Positions 7,680 through 16,250 of a DNA stretch of 32,000 nucleotides are shown piece by piece. Numbering within the stretch: the stretch's first letter is position 1; every line of letters begins with the position of its first letter. Origin of the DNA: Kaiparowitsia implicata GSE-PSE-MK54-09C (GTDB lineage Bacteria; Cyanobacteriota; Cyanobacteriia; Elainellales; Elainellaceae); the NCBI GenBank assembly GCA_019359435.1, contig JAHHHI010000097.1, forward strand, positions 1 to 32,000. Reading direction: 5' to 3'. Made by a program: the position numbers and the translations under genes. Under the pieces are notes generated by a model. That model searched no databases. It had not been told where the DNA came from and saw only the letters and a list, made by a program, of their open reading frames with translations.

Positions 7680-10429
7680 TCTTCATCTTCATCCCCAAAT
7701 TCTTCTGAGTAGTAAACGTTATTTACCCGATACTCCACGCTGCTCGCATTTGTGCTGCTGGGAAAGCTAATTGCAAATCCTAAAATCGGTGGTTCCAGCG
7801 ACCATCCAGCATCTTCTGGATCAAGAGGATAAATGAGGAGAAGTCCTCTATCAGAAGATCGCTCTCGTCTAAAAGGATTACTTGGCTCACCATCTACAAC
7901 CTGATTTCGTGATGTACTGTCTTGTCTCGTTTCTTCTCGTATTCGCCGTCTGACCTCTTCTGGTAGATCAATACTTTCATCTGCTGGACTAACTAACCTT
8001 TTAATCGAATATCGGTCAGCACTGCTAGCTGTTGATTTAGTGCGCTTATATAAACCGACTCTACACCCATTAATATGTACATATTTTGGGGTTTCATCTG
8101 ACTTGAAGATTCTTTTAGACTTCAGTACAACTGTCCAACTTCTTAACTCACTTTTCGCAAGTTGAGCACTAATATATTCTGCCAAAAGTCTACTATTAGC
8201 TCTTAAAGAGTCGCGATGAGTTTCTATACTTCTTAAAAGTCTTACAATGTCGCTACCAGGTATATCTCTCCAGACATATGCATCCCCCGAAGTTACAGTC
8301 GGAGCAACAGCAGGTTCACCACATTCTGTGAAAAATTGTGCAAATTTTTCCAAATTTTTCTGGTTTCTTGTAGGGTCTTTATAAAAGGCAACAGTCTCAC
8401 TGATTGAGCCAGAATAGGATACTTGTAATGTTTTCCCATCTCTGATCTTGCCCACACTAGAAATAGCAAGTCCTGCAGGATGTGTCCTAACTTTCAATCC
8501 AAATTCAGCAGGAGTTTTATCCAACATTGCCATATAGTCAAATTCTTGTCGTAACTCCTCGCTGGCGATAGTAATATGCTCGTACCACTCCACCAATTCA
8601 CTTGTTGTGTACAATCGGCAAAGATCGAGGTACTTTGGTCGATATCCGAACCATCGTCCCATTTGCATCAGCGTGTCATACATCTTGGAAGCTCGAAGAT
8701 AATAGCTAACAGTCAAGCCGTTAAGAGTTAGTCCACGAGATAATTTGTTGCCACCAATTGCAATAACATTAAGACCATCAGGATTGTCTATATAATCTAA
8801 AAGTTCTTTAGCTTTACCATTGATAACTCTAACCTGAATTTTTTGAGCGGCTGCCTCTAAATAAGCTCTAATTTCCTGCCAATTAACTTTCGGAGTATCA
8901 GGGTCGTCAATAGCTTCAGAAGTTGGCACAAAATCATCATTCCAAAGCCTTTCAAATTCCGATAAAAGTTTATCAGAAGCTTCACCATCGCCATAGCGTA
9001 GCCGACGTTGTAAGTGCTGCACTTCGCGATTAATCTGCGTTTTAACTTTGTTCTGTACTTCCGTGAAGCGAGTAACATGAATCAACATTGAGTTATGTTC
9101 TCGCCCCTGTCCTCTCGCCATTCTTGTGGCACAGGAAATGATAAAAGAGTTAAGGGCTTTTTTTAGAGAAATTGGTAGTGATCCAGGCACGTAGTCCGTC
9201 TTATGTTTATCAGCTACCCAATCTTCATAATCTTCGATATAGCGGATTACAGGCAAACTGTCTTGCGCTTCCAGCCCAGCTTCAGGGTCAGCAGCCAGAC
9301 CAAAAAAGCGTACTGGACCAACATAGTTGTCTGGAGCAGGAAGATTTACAATGAAGTCCCGTGGAAAAAGCTCATCACCATGTTGATCTGTTCTGGTATT
9401 TAGATTGATAAAAATATTGGCAAAAGGTGTCGCTGTATAGCCAACGTAAGAACTTTGAGCAAAGCTGTGTAGTAGCTCTCGAATTCTTGCATTGATGGTC
9501 GTTGGGTTTGCATCTTCATCTCTTGTGTTGATGGAAGCGTTATCGCATTCATCATCAATTAATAACAAGGGAACATCGTGAATAATTATACGTCCATTTT
9601 GTGAATCTCTTTCTCCATATCTTCCAGTTAGCCAACGGTTAAGATTGCTGAGAATTGATCCGTTCTTCTTGACGACCAACAGTAATGGAACAGAACTCAA
9701 GTCAATACTAGAGTGTTTTGCGATCGTAAGCTTGAAATCCCCTTTCTCCTCACTATGGGTGAGTGACTGAACAGGATGCAGCTTTTCTCCTTTGAGAGCA
9801 CCTACTCCAACTCGAAGATTACTCTGATCAAATGTCATCCGATGCCGTGTATTGTAGCCAAGAAAACCTTCATCTAGCCGAATTTGGGTTTGGCTCCGCA
9901 AGTCATTGTGCATTCCTGCTAAAACAACGATTAACCGATAGCCTGCATCTGCTGCTTTGCAAATTAAACCAGTATAGTTTGCCGTTTTTCCTGACTGAAC
10001 TTGACCAGCTACCATACCACGCCGATCCCAACTGCCATTGCGAGTTGGGTTTTCAAGTCTCTCAAGAACTTTATCCGTGAGTTCGTCAACTCGCCGAATA
10101 ATCCGAGGTGACCAATTTTCTTCTTCAAGTAGATAGCGCTCATATCGTTTCCAGAAGCGCCACTCAATATTGTCACGGCGTTCCGGCAACCAATCTCTAC
10201 GATCCTTACTTTCCAGGATAGTACCTGTTCCAATCCTGACATTAAATCGGCTTTGGAGATCCCAGACAAGCCCTGCGACATCGATATTTTCAGGATCACC
10301 CTGAAGCGCCACCATCTTGATCGCAAGCTCAACTGTTGACCGAATCAGATCGTCGGTAACGTCATCATTGCGCTTCAGCATTGACAGCGCAAAATCAAGT
10401 GCCTGCTCGTATTCGTGCGAGTTGCTCAT
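7676..10429 (-). CDS. Z1-domain P-loop NTPase (helicase-like)
   Basis: I take the start at ATG 10429 (MSNSHEYEQALDF...), which overlaps the upstream stop as ATGA. Walker A is GQVQSGKTANYTG and Walker B is LLLIDDECDNAS. GYTATPFAN is present. The Z1 signatures are IAIGGNKLSRGLTLNGL and MQMGRWFGYRP. Confidence 0.85.
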   Translation of the reverse strand: MSNSHEYEQALDFALSMLKRNDDVTDDLIRSTVELAIKMVALQGDPENIDVAGLVWDLQSRFNVRIGTGTILESKDRRDWLPERRDNIEWRFWKRYERYLLEEENWSPRIIRRVDELTDKVLERLENPTRNGSWDRRGMVAGQVQSGKTANYTGLICKAADAGYRLIVVLAGMHNDLRSQTQIRLDEGFLGYNTRHRMTFDQSNLRVGVGALKGEKLHPVQSLTHSEEKGDFKLTIAKHSSIDLSSVPLLLVVKKNGSILSNLNRWLTGRYGERDSQNGRIIIHDVPLLLIDDECDNASINTRDEDANPTTINARIRELLHSFAQSSYVGYTATPFANIFINLNTRTDQHGDELFPRDFIVNLPAPDNYVGPVRFFGLAADPEAGLEAQDSLPVIRYIEDYEDWVADKHKTDYVPGSLPISLKKALNSFIISCATRMARGQGREHNSMLIHVTRFTEVQNKVKTQINREVQHLQRRLRYGDGEASDKLLSEFERLWNDDFVPTSEAIDDPDTPKVNWQEIRAYLEAAAQKIQVRVINGKAKELLDYIDNPDGLNVIAIGGNKLSRGLTLNGLTVSYYLRASKMYDTLMQMGRWFGYRPKYLDLCRLYTTSELVEWYEHITIASEELRQEFDYMAMLDKTPAEFGLKVRTHPAGLAISSVGKIRDGKTLQVSYSGSISETVAFYKDPTRNQKNLEKFAQFFTECGEPAVAPTVTSGDAYVWRDIPGSDIVRLLRSIETHRDSLRANSRLLAEYISAQLAKSELRSWTVVLKSKRIFKSDETPKYVHINGCRVGLYKRTKSTASSADRYSIKRLVSPADESIDLPEEVRRRIREETRQDSTSRNQVVDGEPSNPFRRERSSDRGLLLIYPLDPEDAGWSLEPPILGFAISFPSSTNASSVEYRVNNVYYSEEFGDEDEE

Positions 10430-12012
10430 CTGTCCTCCTGCTTTTGGTATTGCTCCAGTACAACAGCAATCAAATCTTGATGATTTTGGAAGGGTTCCAT
10501 GCTTGACAGACGACTCCTTGCATCTTTGAAGTCCCACCCATTCTTGAGTAAAGTGTCAAGAACCTGAGTAATAACTTTTAATAACTCTTCAGTATTGACT
10601 CCTTCAAACGGTTGAGCTTGGGCATAAGGGTGCTCTGAGTTATCCACTATGATTAGCGGCACTGGAACCGTTTCTTCAATTATGCTTAAGAGAGCCTTAA
10701 GTGTTGGAGCGAGATCTGCTGATTGACTCAAAACAGCCTCTAACATTGGATGTTTTTGATTAAGACTGTAGAAGGTTTTTCCGTGCTTTACCTTCTGCTC
10801 CCAAAGATATGAGTAGTTGGTAGGGGTTTGCCTTGCAACCACCTTTCCTCGGTGTCTATATATTTCTGTAGCTCTCTTACGAGTCAAACCTGCTATGCGT
10901 TTCAGATCAGCCTTTAACAATGCGGGTGGACGCGCCCTTGACTTTTTGATATCGATATTCCAATCACTATCCATTGAATTCGGCAGATCTACTTGAATTC
11001 GTGCCAGTTTACAGTGTTCATCCTTGCGATATCCCCCCAAGCCCAACCAATCACCAGCAACCAGCAGGCGTTCATTGCGATACACATAAAAACCCTGTTG
11101 AGCATTCCAACCATTTAATCCTGCTGCTTTGTTGTAGGTGTCAGGGTCAATTTTGGAATGGTGCGGTAAGACATAAGGCTGAACCCGAACCGTTTCACCC
11201 TTAAAAGTAAGGGGTTCCAGAGGCAAAATCTGAGTCGCTTGAGCATCAAGTAGAAATGGATTCCAGGGTTCAATACGGTGATGATTGATCCAGAGTTTGA
11301 GGCGATCGCGCTTTTCTAAAAAACGATGAAATACCATTGCCAGGTGGTTTTCTACAACTTCAACCGTTTCAAGAAAATCATCTTGAGCTTTCTGGTCGTC
11401 TGTTTTTGCTGTACCTACAATCCGATCCAAGCATTCCCACAGTACAATCGTGCCATAAGGCATAATTTCCAAGTCATTCAATTTCTGGGCTGAACCTTCC
11501 GCAGGAGTATGAAGCAGCCTCCACTCGTCAACCTGGTTGACGTAATCTAGATCCCATCGCCTGATAGCAACCGCATGATCTTTTGAGCGCGAGGCGACTG
11601 TCAACCGTCGACATTGAGAGAAAGAGGCTGTCTTCAGTCCCAAGCCGAATCGCCCCAAGTCGTCTGGGTCTCTTTCCTCCAAAGGATGCTGGCTACCTGG
11701 ACGCATTGCACTGATCAGTTGCGCTTCCGTCATGCCATGTCCATCATCCCGAATAGAAATATAGGAGTTAGCACCATCCCAACAAAAGCTCAGCCAGATA
11801 TTGCGTGCTTTAGCCGTAATACTGTTATCTATAAGATCTGCGATAGCAGTCTGAACATTGTAGCCAAAAGCACGTAGAGACTCTATCATCGCCGAAGCAC
11901 GAGGTTCAGCAATGTCGTACATAGATTTAGGTATATCGTTGGTGTTTAGACCCATGATTGAAGGCTGGGCTGGCGTTGACCAAATTGTAACTTCACTCTC
12001 TACAGAGAGCAT
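10426..12012 (-). CDS. GHKL/Bergerat-fold ATPase (HATPase_c_3, MutL/MORC-like)
   Basis: The N-box is ADLIDNSITA, the G1 box is IRDDGHGMT and the G2 box is GRFGLGLKTAS. The start is uncertain. The track start at 12036 is a TTG. I chose ATG 12012 (MLSVESEV...), which is preceded by AAGAG. The ATG giving MGLNTND... is also possible. Confidence 0.85.
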   Translation of the reverse strand: MLSVESEVTIWSTPAQPSIMGLNTNDIPKSMYDIAEPRASAMIESLRAFGYNVQTAIADLIDNSITAKARNIWLSFCWDGANSYISIRDDGHGMTEAQLISAMRPGSQHPLEERDPDDLGRFGLGLKTASFSQCRRLTVASRSKDHAVAIRRWDLDYVNQVDEWRLLHTPAEGSAQKLNDLEIMPYGTIVLWECLDRIVGTAKTDDQKAQDDFLETVEVVENHLAMVFHRFLEKRDRLKLWINHHRIEPWNPFLLDAQATQILPLEPLTFKGETVRVQPYVLPHHSKIDPDTYNKAAGLNGWNAQQGFYVYRNERLLVAGDWLGLGGYRKDEHCKLARIQVDLPNSMDSDWNIDIKKSRARPPALLKADLKRIAGLTRKRATEIYRHRGKVVARQTPTNYSYLWEQKVKHGKTFYSLNQKHPMLEAVLSQSADLAPTLKALLSIIEETVPVPLIIVDNSEHPYAQAQPFEGVNTEELLKVITQVLDTLLKNGWDFKDARSRLSSMEPFQNHQDLIAVVLEQYQKQEDR

Positions 12013-12047
12013 AGCTCTTAATTTAGGTTGCCCCAAAACGAGTGAAA

Positions 12048-13259
12048 TCAGCAGATTTTCTGCTCCTTTCGGTAGGATTGGATCAACTGGACTAGAGGCT
12101 TAGCAACTGCCTCTGCAAGAAGAGGTGGTACAGAGTTGCCCACCAATTCAAACATCCGGGTCATCGGAGCATAAAAAACAAAATCGTCAGGAAAGCTTTG
12201 AAGCCTAGCAGCTTCACGAACAGAGATACTGCGATTTTGTAGAGGATGAATGTATGCCAGACCGTCTTTTCTCATGTGAGCAGTCAAAGTCCAAGCTGGC
12301 TCATTCCAAATTAAACGCTTATATTTGTCATCAAAAATATCAACTCGATACCGCATCATCTCTTTAGGTATGTCCCTATATTTTCCACCTTGATCTAACA
12401 TTTCAAAAATCATAATGTCCTTGTCATTATGAGAACGGCAAAGATGATTCCATACCCCTTCACCTTCCTTCTTACGCTTCCTCATTTTTTTTTGATAAGG
12501 CGACTGAGGTGGACATTTGTAAGGGCACTCCGCATCTTTCTGTTTTGGCCCAGAAGATTTGGTCTTGAGGGGCATAACGAAAGGCTGTAGATCAGGAAGA
12601 TCACAGATCGCCTCACCAACTGATATGGGACTTTGTACTCGCTGGCTAGGAAAAGGCGGATCAATTTCCAGATCAGAACGAATCCCCACTATAAAAAGCC
12701 TCATTCTTTTTTGAGGCACACCAAACTTGGAAGAATCTAATACTCGATAATCAACTTTATATCCAGGATAATTCTCTTGCTTGTTACGGCTGAAATCTTG
12801 GCAAATTCTCAACAGCTTTTTTTGTCTGTTGGCCAAAAAATCAACATTTTCCATTACAAAGCACAGAGGCTGATAATGAGAAACAAATCTTACAAACTGC
12901 TCATACAAAAAATTTCTATGGTCGGATTCTATATCTCTACCAAGCTTTCGCATTTTGCCAATGCCAACCCGTGAGAAAACTTGACAGGGTGGTCCACCCA
13001 CTAAAATATCTACTTCGCCAGGATTCAATCCCAGCTGATCAAGATTACAAAGACTACAGATATCTTGAGAGGGTAGCTTCAGCTTGGCAGTGGGAAAATT
13101 TTGATGATGAGTAGCGATTGCATAATGATTTTGATCAATTCCACCTAATATCTGACACCCAGCATTCTCGAATCCTAAGCTCATCCCCCCTGCCCCGCAA
13201 AAAATATCGAGTACAGTAGGTTTAATTTTTCGGCTGGCTCTTTCCTCGGTCGTCTGCAT
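12048..13259 (-). CDS. DNA (cytosine-5)-methyltransferase
   Basis: All diagnostic C5-MTase motifs are present. Motif I is DIFCGAGGMSLGF, IV is GGPPCQVFS, VI is FVMENV, VIII is QKRMRLFIVG, IX is SVREAARLQSFPDDF and X is GNSVPP. A long lysine-rich variable region lies between VIII and IX. It is the first gene of the operon. Confidence 0.95.
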   Translation of the reverse strand: MQTTEERASRKIKPTVLDIFCGAGGMSLGFENAGCQILGGIDQNHYAIATHHQNFPTAKLKLPSQDICSLCNLDQLGLNPGEVDILVGGPPCQVFSRVGIGKMRKLGRDIESDHRNFLYEQFVRFVSHYQPLCFVMENVDFLANRQKKLLRICQDFSRNKQENYPGYKVDYRVLDSSKFGVPQKRMRLFIVGIRSDLEIDPPFPSQRVQSPISVGEAICDLPDLQPFVMPLKTKSSGPKQKDAECPYKCPPQSPYQKKMRKRKKEGEGVWNHLCRSHNDKDIMIFEMLDQGGKYRDIPKEMMRYRVDIFDDKYKRLIWNEPAWTLTAHMRKDGLAYIHPLQNRSISVREAARLQSFPDDFVFYAPMTRMFELVGNSVPPLLAEAVAKPLVQLIQSYRKEQKIC

Positions 13260-13781
13260 TCGTTTAATTCACCTTGCGGTTTCTTTTGAATGATACACGA
13301 GAACTCCCAGGCTTCAGCCTCTGTAGTGGCTTTGCCGAGCAAGGCAGCATACTTGCTACACTAGCCAGATTCCCGGAATGGTATCTAAATTACGACTGTG
13401 AAAGAGATAAGTGTTGCCTTAGTTCATTAGTCTTAAAACTACTTTCCTAACAGATAACCCATAGAAGCCTAACAATGGCCATATCCGGTTCTGAATCTGC
13501 CAGCGTGATAGGGCTGTTGAAACGCACATCTGCGTTCCCTACCAGCATCGCTTCAAGATACTTTGTGCCGCGTTTTGCCGTGGGTTAGTGAGTCGGGGCT
13601 TCTGGAATTAGGTTTGACAATGCAGCCCGCTAGCGATTTCACCGAGCGATTTCATCGAGCGATCGCCCAACACATCGGCTTCTCCCATTCGGTGATAGTC
13701 TTCAACAGACCCTGTCGTCACTGTTTTCCTGGCCGCATTGCTTCGTTCTCAAGAGTATTCTCAAGAATCTGACTGAATTCT

Positions 13782-15962
13782 ATGCCAGTTTCACAACCCG
13801 CTTGGTGTGCGCTGCTGCGGCGCATGGTGCTCTTGCTCTCGCTGTTGACCAGTGTGCTGGTGCTGGCGAAACCGGCCTGGTGTGCGATCGCCCCACCCGA
13901 GCGCACCCCCCTCACCCTAGCGCTGCTGCAACAGCGACTCGAAGCGCCGGTGCAACTTGACGGCAAGCTTACCCTTGATCTGCGCCACCTTGTCATTGAC
14001 CTGCGTTCAGAGGAGACAGAGTTTGGCGATCAGTTTTATCAGCAGGTGCGAACCCGGCTGCAACGTTCCGACACGCCCTTGGGCATTGACCTCAGCTTTT
14101 CGCAGATTCAGGGCACGTTTGAAGCCAGTCGGCTGGGGTTGCGGGTGCCCCTCTATGGCGAGGCCCTGTCGTCTACCTTTACCGAGGCGGAGCAAGATCA
14201 ACTGCGGCGCGATCGCCGCCGTCTGGCTCAGCTTAGCCAGCTCTCGCGATCGCTGCTGTTGCAACGCCAATCGCTCAACCTCACCATCACGGTGCTGCGG
14301 GGGCCACTGCGGCTCGATCAAGCGCGGTTTGAGGGGGTCGCCAACTTCACCAATAGTTTCTTTTTGGATGCGCTCAATGCACAGGGCACTTGCTTTGCCA
14401 AAACTGCCGACTTTTCTGACACGCGCATGAGTCAGTCCGCTACCTTTACCGGAGCAGAGTTTCGGGAAGAGGCGCGGTTTCGCAGCACTATTTTTTTCAA
14501 GCGGGCGAGCTTTAGTCAGGTGAGTTTTCGCGATGATGTGACGTTTCAGGGCAGCACGCTGAAGGCCACCGCCAATATGAGCAAGGCCACGTTCGCGGCG
14601 ATCGCCAACTTTACCCGCATTGCCTGGGAGGGCAACGCTGACTTTGCCCAAACCGAATGGCAAGGACTGGCTAAGTTTGATCGCAGCCGCTTTCAGCAGG
14701 GGCTATTTTTTACCGATGCGGTGTTTGCCGAGCCTGTCACCATGCGACAGGTGCAGTTTTCTCAACCGGTCAACCTGCGGGGTGCGGCCATTCTGAGTGA
14801 GGCGGATTTTGGCGATGCGGTATTTGATTCGGGTGCCTACCTCAATGTGGTCGGGCTCCAGTTCAACCCCGACAATGCCAAACTGCTGGGCTCGCCCGGG
14901 GAAATCGGACGCGCCGTTTCGGTGCCGACGCTGCAAGGGAATGAAACGCTGCTCCGCAATTTGATTCGCAACTTTCGCCTGCTGGAGCAAATTGCCGATG
15001 CCAATCAAGTTGACTATCTGCGGCAAAGGTTGCGATTGCGGGAACTGGGGCGATCGCTCACTGGGCTTAACTTAAACACGGCTAGTCCGGCTCAGCTGCA
15101 GCGGCTGGGGCTATCGTCCCCGCAGATCGATGCTCTGGTGGCGGCTCGTGTGGAACAGCCGTTGCGCAATCCGGGCGATCTGCTCAAAATCGACACATTT
15201 GATCTAGCCACTTATATTGATGTGCGCGATCGCACTGTTGCTATTGACTCCCGCCGTCCCTTTGATCGGTTCGGCACTGCCGCCCTCTGGTTGCAAACCG
15301 CCGTGCTGCTGCTGCTCACTCGGTCGGGCACCAGCACCGGCCTTATTTTTGGGGTAGGTTTAGTGGCGATCGCCTTCTACTCCATTCTCTTTTGGCTGCT
15401 CGACCGCTACCGCCGCCGCCATCCAGAGCCCATCCTGCCCACTCTCGAAGAAGCGCTATGGATCAGTGGCGCTGCTGCCGCCTTTGTCGTGGTGGGGCTA
15501 TCCATCATTCTGCGTACTAGTGACTACCCCGGCTTTACGCTGCTGTGTTTGGTTATTGTCGCCGTGCCGCTGCCGCTAGGGTGCACGCTGTGGCTCTATC
15601 GGCAGGGCCGCTACCACGACTTGATGGAGACCAGCTATTTTGTGGAAGATGGCAGCACCCGTCAACTGCGGATTTTGATTAATAAACTGCCCACAATTCC
15701 GCGTTATCCTCTATTTCGCGAGCGCTATAACCCGCTTTTATGGGATCGCCGCTGGAACTGGCTAAATTATATCGACGTTAGCCTCAACAATATCTTGCGG
15801 TTTGGCTTTAATGATTTGCGTCTGCGTGATCAAGCGGTGCCTGCTCTGATCACCCTAATTGTTTGGTATCAGTGGGTGCTGGGGCTGCTCTATGTGGGCC
15901 TGTTGCTGTGGACGCTGTCGCGCACTATTCCCGGCCTCAATTTGTTGATTTATTTCAAGTAA
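13782..15962 (+). CDS. Pentapeptide-repeat protein with N-terminal signal peptide, ComEA-like helix-hairpin-helix and C-terminal multi-pass membrane region
   Basis: The signal-like N-terminus is MVLLLSLLTSVLVLAKPAWCA. A long pentapeptide-repeat run begins ARFEGVANFTNSFF...ADFSDTRMSQSATFTGAEFREEARFRST.... The HhH motif is LNLNTASPAQLQRLGLSSPQIDALVAAR. The last ~230 aa contain several hydrophobic helices. Confidence 0.85.
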   Translation: MPVSQPAWCALLRRMVLLLSLLTSVLVLAKPAWCAIAPPERTPLTLALLQQRLEAPVQLDGKLTLDLRHLVIDLRSEETEFGDQFYQQVRTRLQRSDTPLGIDLSFSQIQGTFEASRLGLRVPLYGEALSSTFTEAEQDQLRRDRRRLAQLSQLSRSLLLQRQSLNLTITVLRGPLRLDQARFEGVANFTNSFFLDALNAQGTCFAKTADFSDTRMSQSATFTGAEFREEARFRSTIFFKRASFSQVSFRDDVTFQGSTLKATANMSKATFAAIANFTRIAWEGNADFAQTEWQGLAKFDRSRFQQGLFFTDAVFAEPVTMRQVQFSQPVNLRGAAILSEADFGDAVFDSGAYLNVVGLQFNPDNAKLLGSPGEIGRAVSVPTLQGNETLLRNLIRNFRLLEQIADANQVDYLRQRLRLRELGRSLTGLNLNTASPAQLQRLGLSSPQIDALVAARVEQPLRNPGDLLKIDTFDLATYIDVRDRTVAIDSRRPFDRFGTAALWLQTAVLLLLTRSGTSTGLIFGVGLVAIAFYSILFWLLDRYRRRHPEPILPTLEEALWISGAAAAFVVVGLSIILRTSDYPGFTLLCLVIVAVPLPLGCTLWLYRQGRYHDLMETSYFVEDGSTRQLRILINKLPTIPRYPLFRERYNPLLWDRRWNWLNYIDVSLNNILRFGFNDLRLRDQAVPALITLIVWYQWVLGLLYVGLLLWTLSRTIPGLNLLIYFK

Positions 15963-16182
15963 CGCGAGGTCACTACCATGTAGGGATCATGTGGGGTCTG
16001 AAGGAAAAGGCTGATCCTATGGTCAAGCCTCTTAGTTTAGGCAGAGGTCATCTTGTAAAAGCACTCCGTCTTTGCGCTGCATGGGGAGCCGCCAAGCAGG
16101 ACAATCAGGATGGGTATAGGGTGAGATGGCTGGTGCGGGGCTTGGTCTGATGAATAGAACAACGAACGGCAGAACCAAACCT

Positions 16183-16250
16183 CGGGGGGGCGTCCCCCCG
16201 AACCCCCGCTAGGGGACGAAGCCCGTCCCCTAGAACCCCTCTGCAAGGGG
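16183..16250. repeat. Three consecutive G/C-rich hairpins
   Basis: Hairpin 1 is CGGGGGG-gcgt-CCCCCCG (16183-16200). Hairpin 2 is CTAGGGGACG-aagcc-CGTCCCCTAG (16209-16233). Hairpin 3 is CCCCT-ctgca-AGGGG (16236-16250). They lie in the convergent gap between the pentapeptide and vanX-like genes. Confidence 0.5.

Larger units (their letters stand above)
4480..13560. other. AT-richer, HIP1-poor genomic island carrying the five-gene operon (borders approximate)
   Basis: Spot counts of single 60-nt lines give 22/60 G+C at 8041 and 39/60 at 2401 in recQ. By hand I count about 9 GCGATCGC sites in the 2.3-kb recQ and 3 in the 8.4-kb operon. No integrase, tRNA or flanking direct repeat was found. Confidence 0.6.

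Noticed and set aside
14007-15026. Minus-strand ORFs of 218 and 107 aa opposite the pentapeptide-repeat gene, and the +2-frame 157-aa ORF at 13957-14430
   Set aside because: They are shadows of a clearly coding pentapeptide-repeat frame, with low-complexity Arg/Gly/Pro-rich translations.
16037-16246. 69-aa minus-strand ORF (…RGRASSPSGGSGGRPPEVW…)
   Set aside because: It is produced by reading through the three G/C hairpins. Its low-complexity translation is better explained as a structured repeat.
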